Assembly (NCBI GenBank): GCA_965238005.1
Contig: OZ250165.1
Location: 3,200,001 to 3,264,000, forward strand
Length of the DNA: 64,000 nucleotides
Reading direction: 5' to 3'
From: Longimicrobiales bacterium
GTDB taxonomy: Bacteria; Gemmatimonadota; Gemmatimonadetes; Longimicrobiales; Gaopeijiaceae
Under the pieces are notes generated by a model. That model saw only the letters and a list, made by a program, of their open reading frames with translations. It did no database searches and was not told the origin of the DNA. Position 1 is the stretch's first letter. Every line of letters begins with the position of its first letter. The position numbers and the translations under genes were made by a program. Shown piece by piece: positions 62,190 to 64,000 of this stretch.

Positions 62190-63176
62190 CTACAGCCAAC
62201 CCTCCCGCCGGTACCACGCTCCGGTGATGCGCGCCCCCTCCTCGAAGGTGACGCGGGGCTTCCACGCCAGCGCGGCCTGCGCCTCTCCTGAATCGCACAC
62301 CCAATGCGGAGCCAATAGCTCGTTCAGTTTGTCGCGCGTCAACATGACCGCCCGTCCCATGAGGCTTCCATAGACCTCGCTACCCAAGGCCGCGCCGTAC
62401 ATCAGAAAGCGGGGCACCGGGATTCGCAACCACGCCCGCCTGCCGAGCGCGTTCTCGATGTGAGCGATCAGTTCGCTCAGTGTTTCCGTGCGTCCATCCT
62501 CGACGCAATAGGTGGAGCCGCTGGGTACGTCTGCCTCGAGCGCCTTGATACAAGCGGCCGCGCAGTCGGCAACGTAGATGGCGCTCAGTGCGGAGCTCGG
62601 TGAGCCCGTAAGAGGAAGGACGCCCAGTTGCACCGACTTGAAGAAGAGGAGAACCTCCCGATCTCGGGGCCCGTAGATCATGGGGGGCCTGATGATCGTG
62701 ATGGGAAGCGCGTGTGCCGCTGCCCGTGCGGCCTGCTCTGCGGCTAGTTTACTCCTTCCATAGTGTGTCACGGGATTCGGAGACGCGCCGGCCGGAAGGG
62801 GGCGTCCGTCCTCGCTGGGCCCCATCGCGGCCAGAGACGATACCAACACGAAGCGCTCGAGATGCGGCGCGTTTTGCTTCACCGCATCGAGCAGATTGGC
62901 CGTCCCAAGCGCATTCGTACGGTGAAAGTCGGCCGGCGCCCTGGCCTTGACCAAGCCGGCAGCATGGATGATCCCATCCACACCTTTCGTCGCCGCGAGT
63001 AAACTACTCTTGTCGCCCACAGCCCCGGGCACGAGCGTCACATGCTCGAGACCTTCCAGGAATCGCGTATCACTCGTCGGCCGGACCAAGGCACGTACAT
63101 CGGCACCTTGCTGATCGAGTCGCTCGGCAACGTGAGAGCCGAGGAATCCCGAGGCTCCCGTCAGCAGAATTCGCAC
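62190..63176 (-). CDS. NAD-dependent epimerase/dehydratase-family reductase
   Basis: TGASGFLG, YGRSK, RPPMIYGP. Confidence 0.85.
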   Translation of the reverse strand: MRILLTGASGFLGSHVAERLDQQGADVRALVRPTSDTRFLEGLEHVTLVPGAVGDKSSLLAATKGVDGIIHAAGLVKARAPADFHRTNALGTANLLDAVKQNAPHLERFVLVSSLAAMGPSEDGRPLPAGASPNPVTHYGRSKLAAEQAARAAAHALPITIIRPPMIYGPRDREVLLFFKSVQLGVLPLTGSPSSALSAIYVADCAAACIKALEADVPSGSTYCVEDGRTETLSELIAHIENALGRRAWLRIPVPRFLMYGAALGSEVYGSLMGRAVMLTRDKLNELLAPHWVCDSGEAQAALAWKPRVTFEEGARITGAWYRREGWL

Positions 63177-63221
63177 AGACTGTGGTCCCCTTTTCGCCGA
63201 TCGCCGGCTCTCCAGCCGGCC

Positions 63222-64000
63222 TCAGGGCCCGGCAGCGGCCTGGGCCAGGGCCTCCACGGTGGTGTCGATCTGCTCCGCCGTATGCTCCGAGGTGACGAAG
63301 AAGCGCAGCCTGGACTCCCTTTCCGCTACGGCCGGGTGCAGCACCGGCTGGACGTTGATGCCCTGGCGGAAGAGCTGGTTGGACATTCGCAGCGCCTTCT
63401 GAGACGATCGGGTGATGACGGGGATCACCGCGAAGCCCTCGCAGTGGCCGGTGTCCAGCCCCGCCTCGATGCAAAGCCCATGAAAACGCCGCGCGTTGGC
63501 CTGGAGCCGCGTAACCCGCTCCGGCTCTTCCTCCAGAATCGTGGCCGCCTCCAGGGCGGCGGCGGCGTTGGCGGGAGACATGCCGACGCTGTAGAGGAAC
63601 CCCGGCGTGGTGTAGCGCAGGTAGTCGATGATCTCCGTGCTGGCGGCCACGACCCCCCCGCAGCTGGCGAAGGTCTTGCTAAGCGTGGTCATCCAGAAGT
63701 CCACATCGCCGGGGGCGACGCCGTAGTGCTCGGCCAAGCCGCGGCCTGTGGCTCCCACCACGCCCACCGAGTGCGCTTCGTCCACGAAGAGCATCGCGTT
63801 GAAGCCCTTCTTCAGCTCCACCAGACGGGGAAGGTCGGCAGTGTCTCCGTCCATGCTGTAGAGGCCCTCGACCACCACGAGGCACTGCCGGAAAGCACCC
63901 CGCTGCTCTTCCAGGATGCGTTCCAGGGCGTCCAGGTCGTTGTGGGGGAAGGCCATCCGCCTGGCGCCCGACAGGAGGGCACCGTCGATGCCGCTCCGGT
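63222..64000 (-). CDS. PLP-dependent alpha-oxoamine synthase (AONS/SPT/WcbT-like), 5' end outside window
   Basis: Frame open to 64000 (SGIDGALLSGA...FPHND); EGLYSMDGD, DEAHS, TLSKT. Confidence 0.85.
   Translation of the reverse strand, partial: RSGIDGALLSGARRMAFPHNDLDALERILEEQRGAFRQCLVVVEGLYSMDGDTADLPRLVELKKGFNAMLFVDEAHSVGVVGATGRGLAEHYGVAPGDVDFWMTTLSKTFASCGGVVAASTEIIDYLRYTTPGFLYSVGMSPANAAAALEAATILEEEPERVTRLQANARRFHGLCIEAGLDTGHCEGFAVIPVITRSSQKALRMSNQLFRQGINVQPVLHPAVAERESRLRFFVTSEHTAEQIDTTVEALAQAAAGP

Overview
GC-rich bacterial window, possibly Gemmatimonadota-like (inferred from gene content: ADOP-type permease plus PadR, many Ig-domain lipoproteins). It mixes intact operons with IS elements and much gene debris. 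Main contents: (i) a phospholipid-type operon: PlsC acyltransferase, Tam41-like nucleotidyltransferase, CDP-alcohol phosphotransferase and FkbM methyltransferase; (ii) an ArsR-rhodanese/persulfide-dioxygenase-like MBL/MFS cluster; (iii) two exported genes that the ORF track splits at in-frame TGA codons but that read as selenoproteins (DUF3179 U-V-V-C and Prx-like U-P-Y-C), each followed by a hairpin whose GGT loop starts exactly 21 nt after the TGA (a shared SECIS architecture); (iv) three tandem S9B/DPP-IV peptidases, two from a recent ~2.8 kb duplication that lack the EE motif, have Glu in place of the catalytic Asp, and are flanked by IS91-like and IS21-like remnants; (v) two Ig-domain surface lipoproteins cleanly interrupted by IS256 and IS1182, restorable in frame from the TSDs; (vi) a polysaccharide/sulfation cluster truncated by an IS5 element, preceded by an alpha-oxoamine synthase/reductase/ACP/FabF lipid module. 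A MITE and a repeated TACGTA-N17-TACGTA promoter/operator-like module are also present. I found no rRNA, tRNA, CRISPR array or selA/B/C/D genes. All family assignments come from motif recognition only; no database searches were run.
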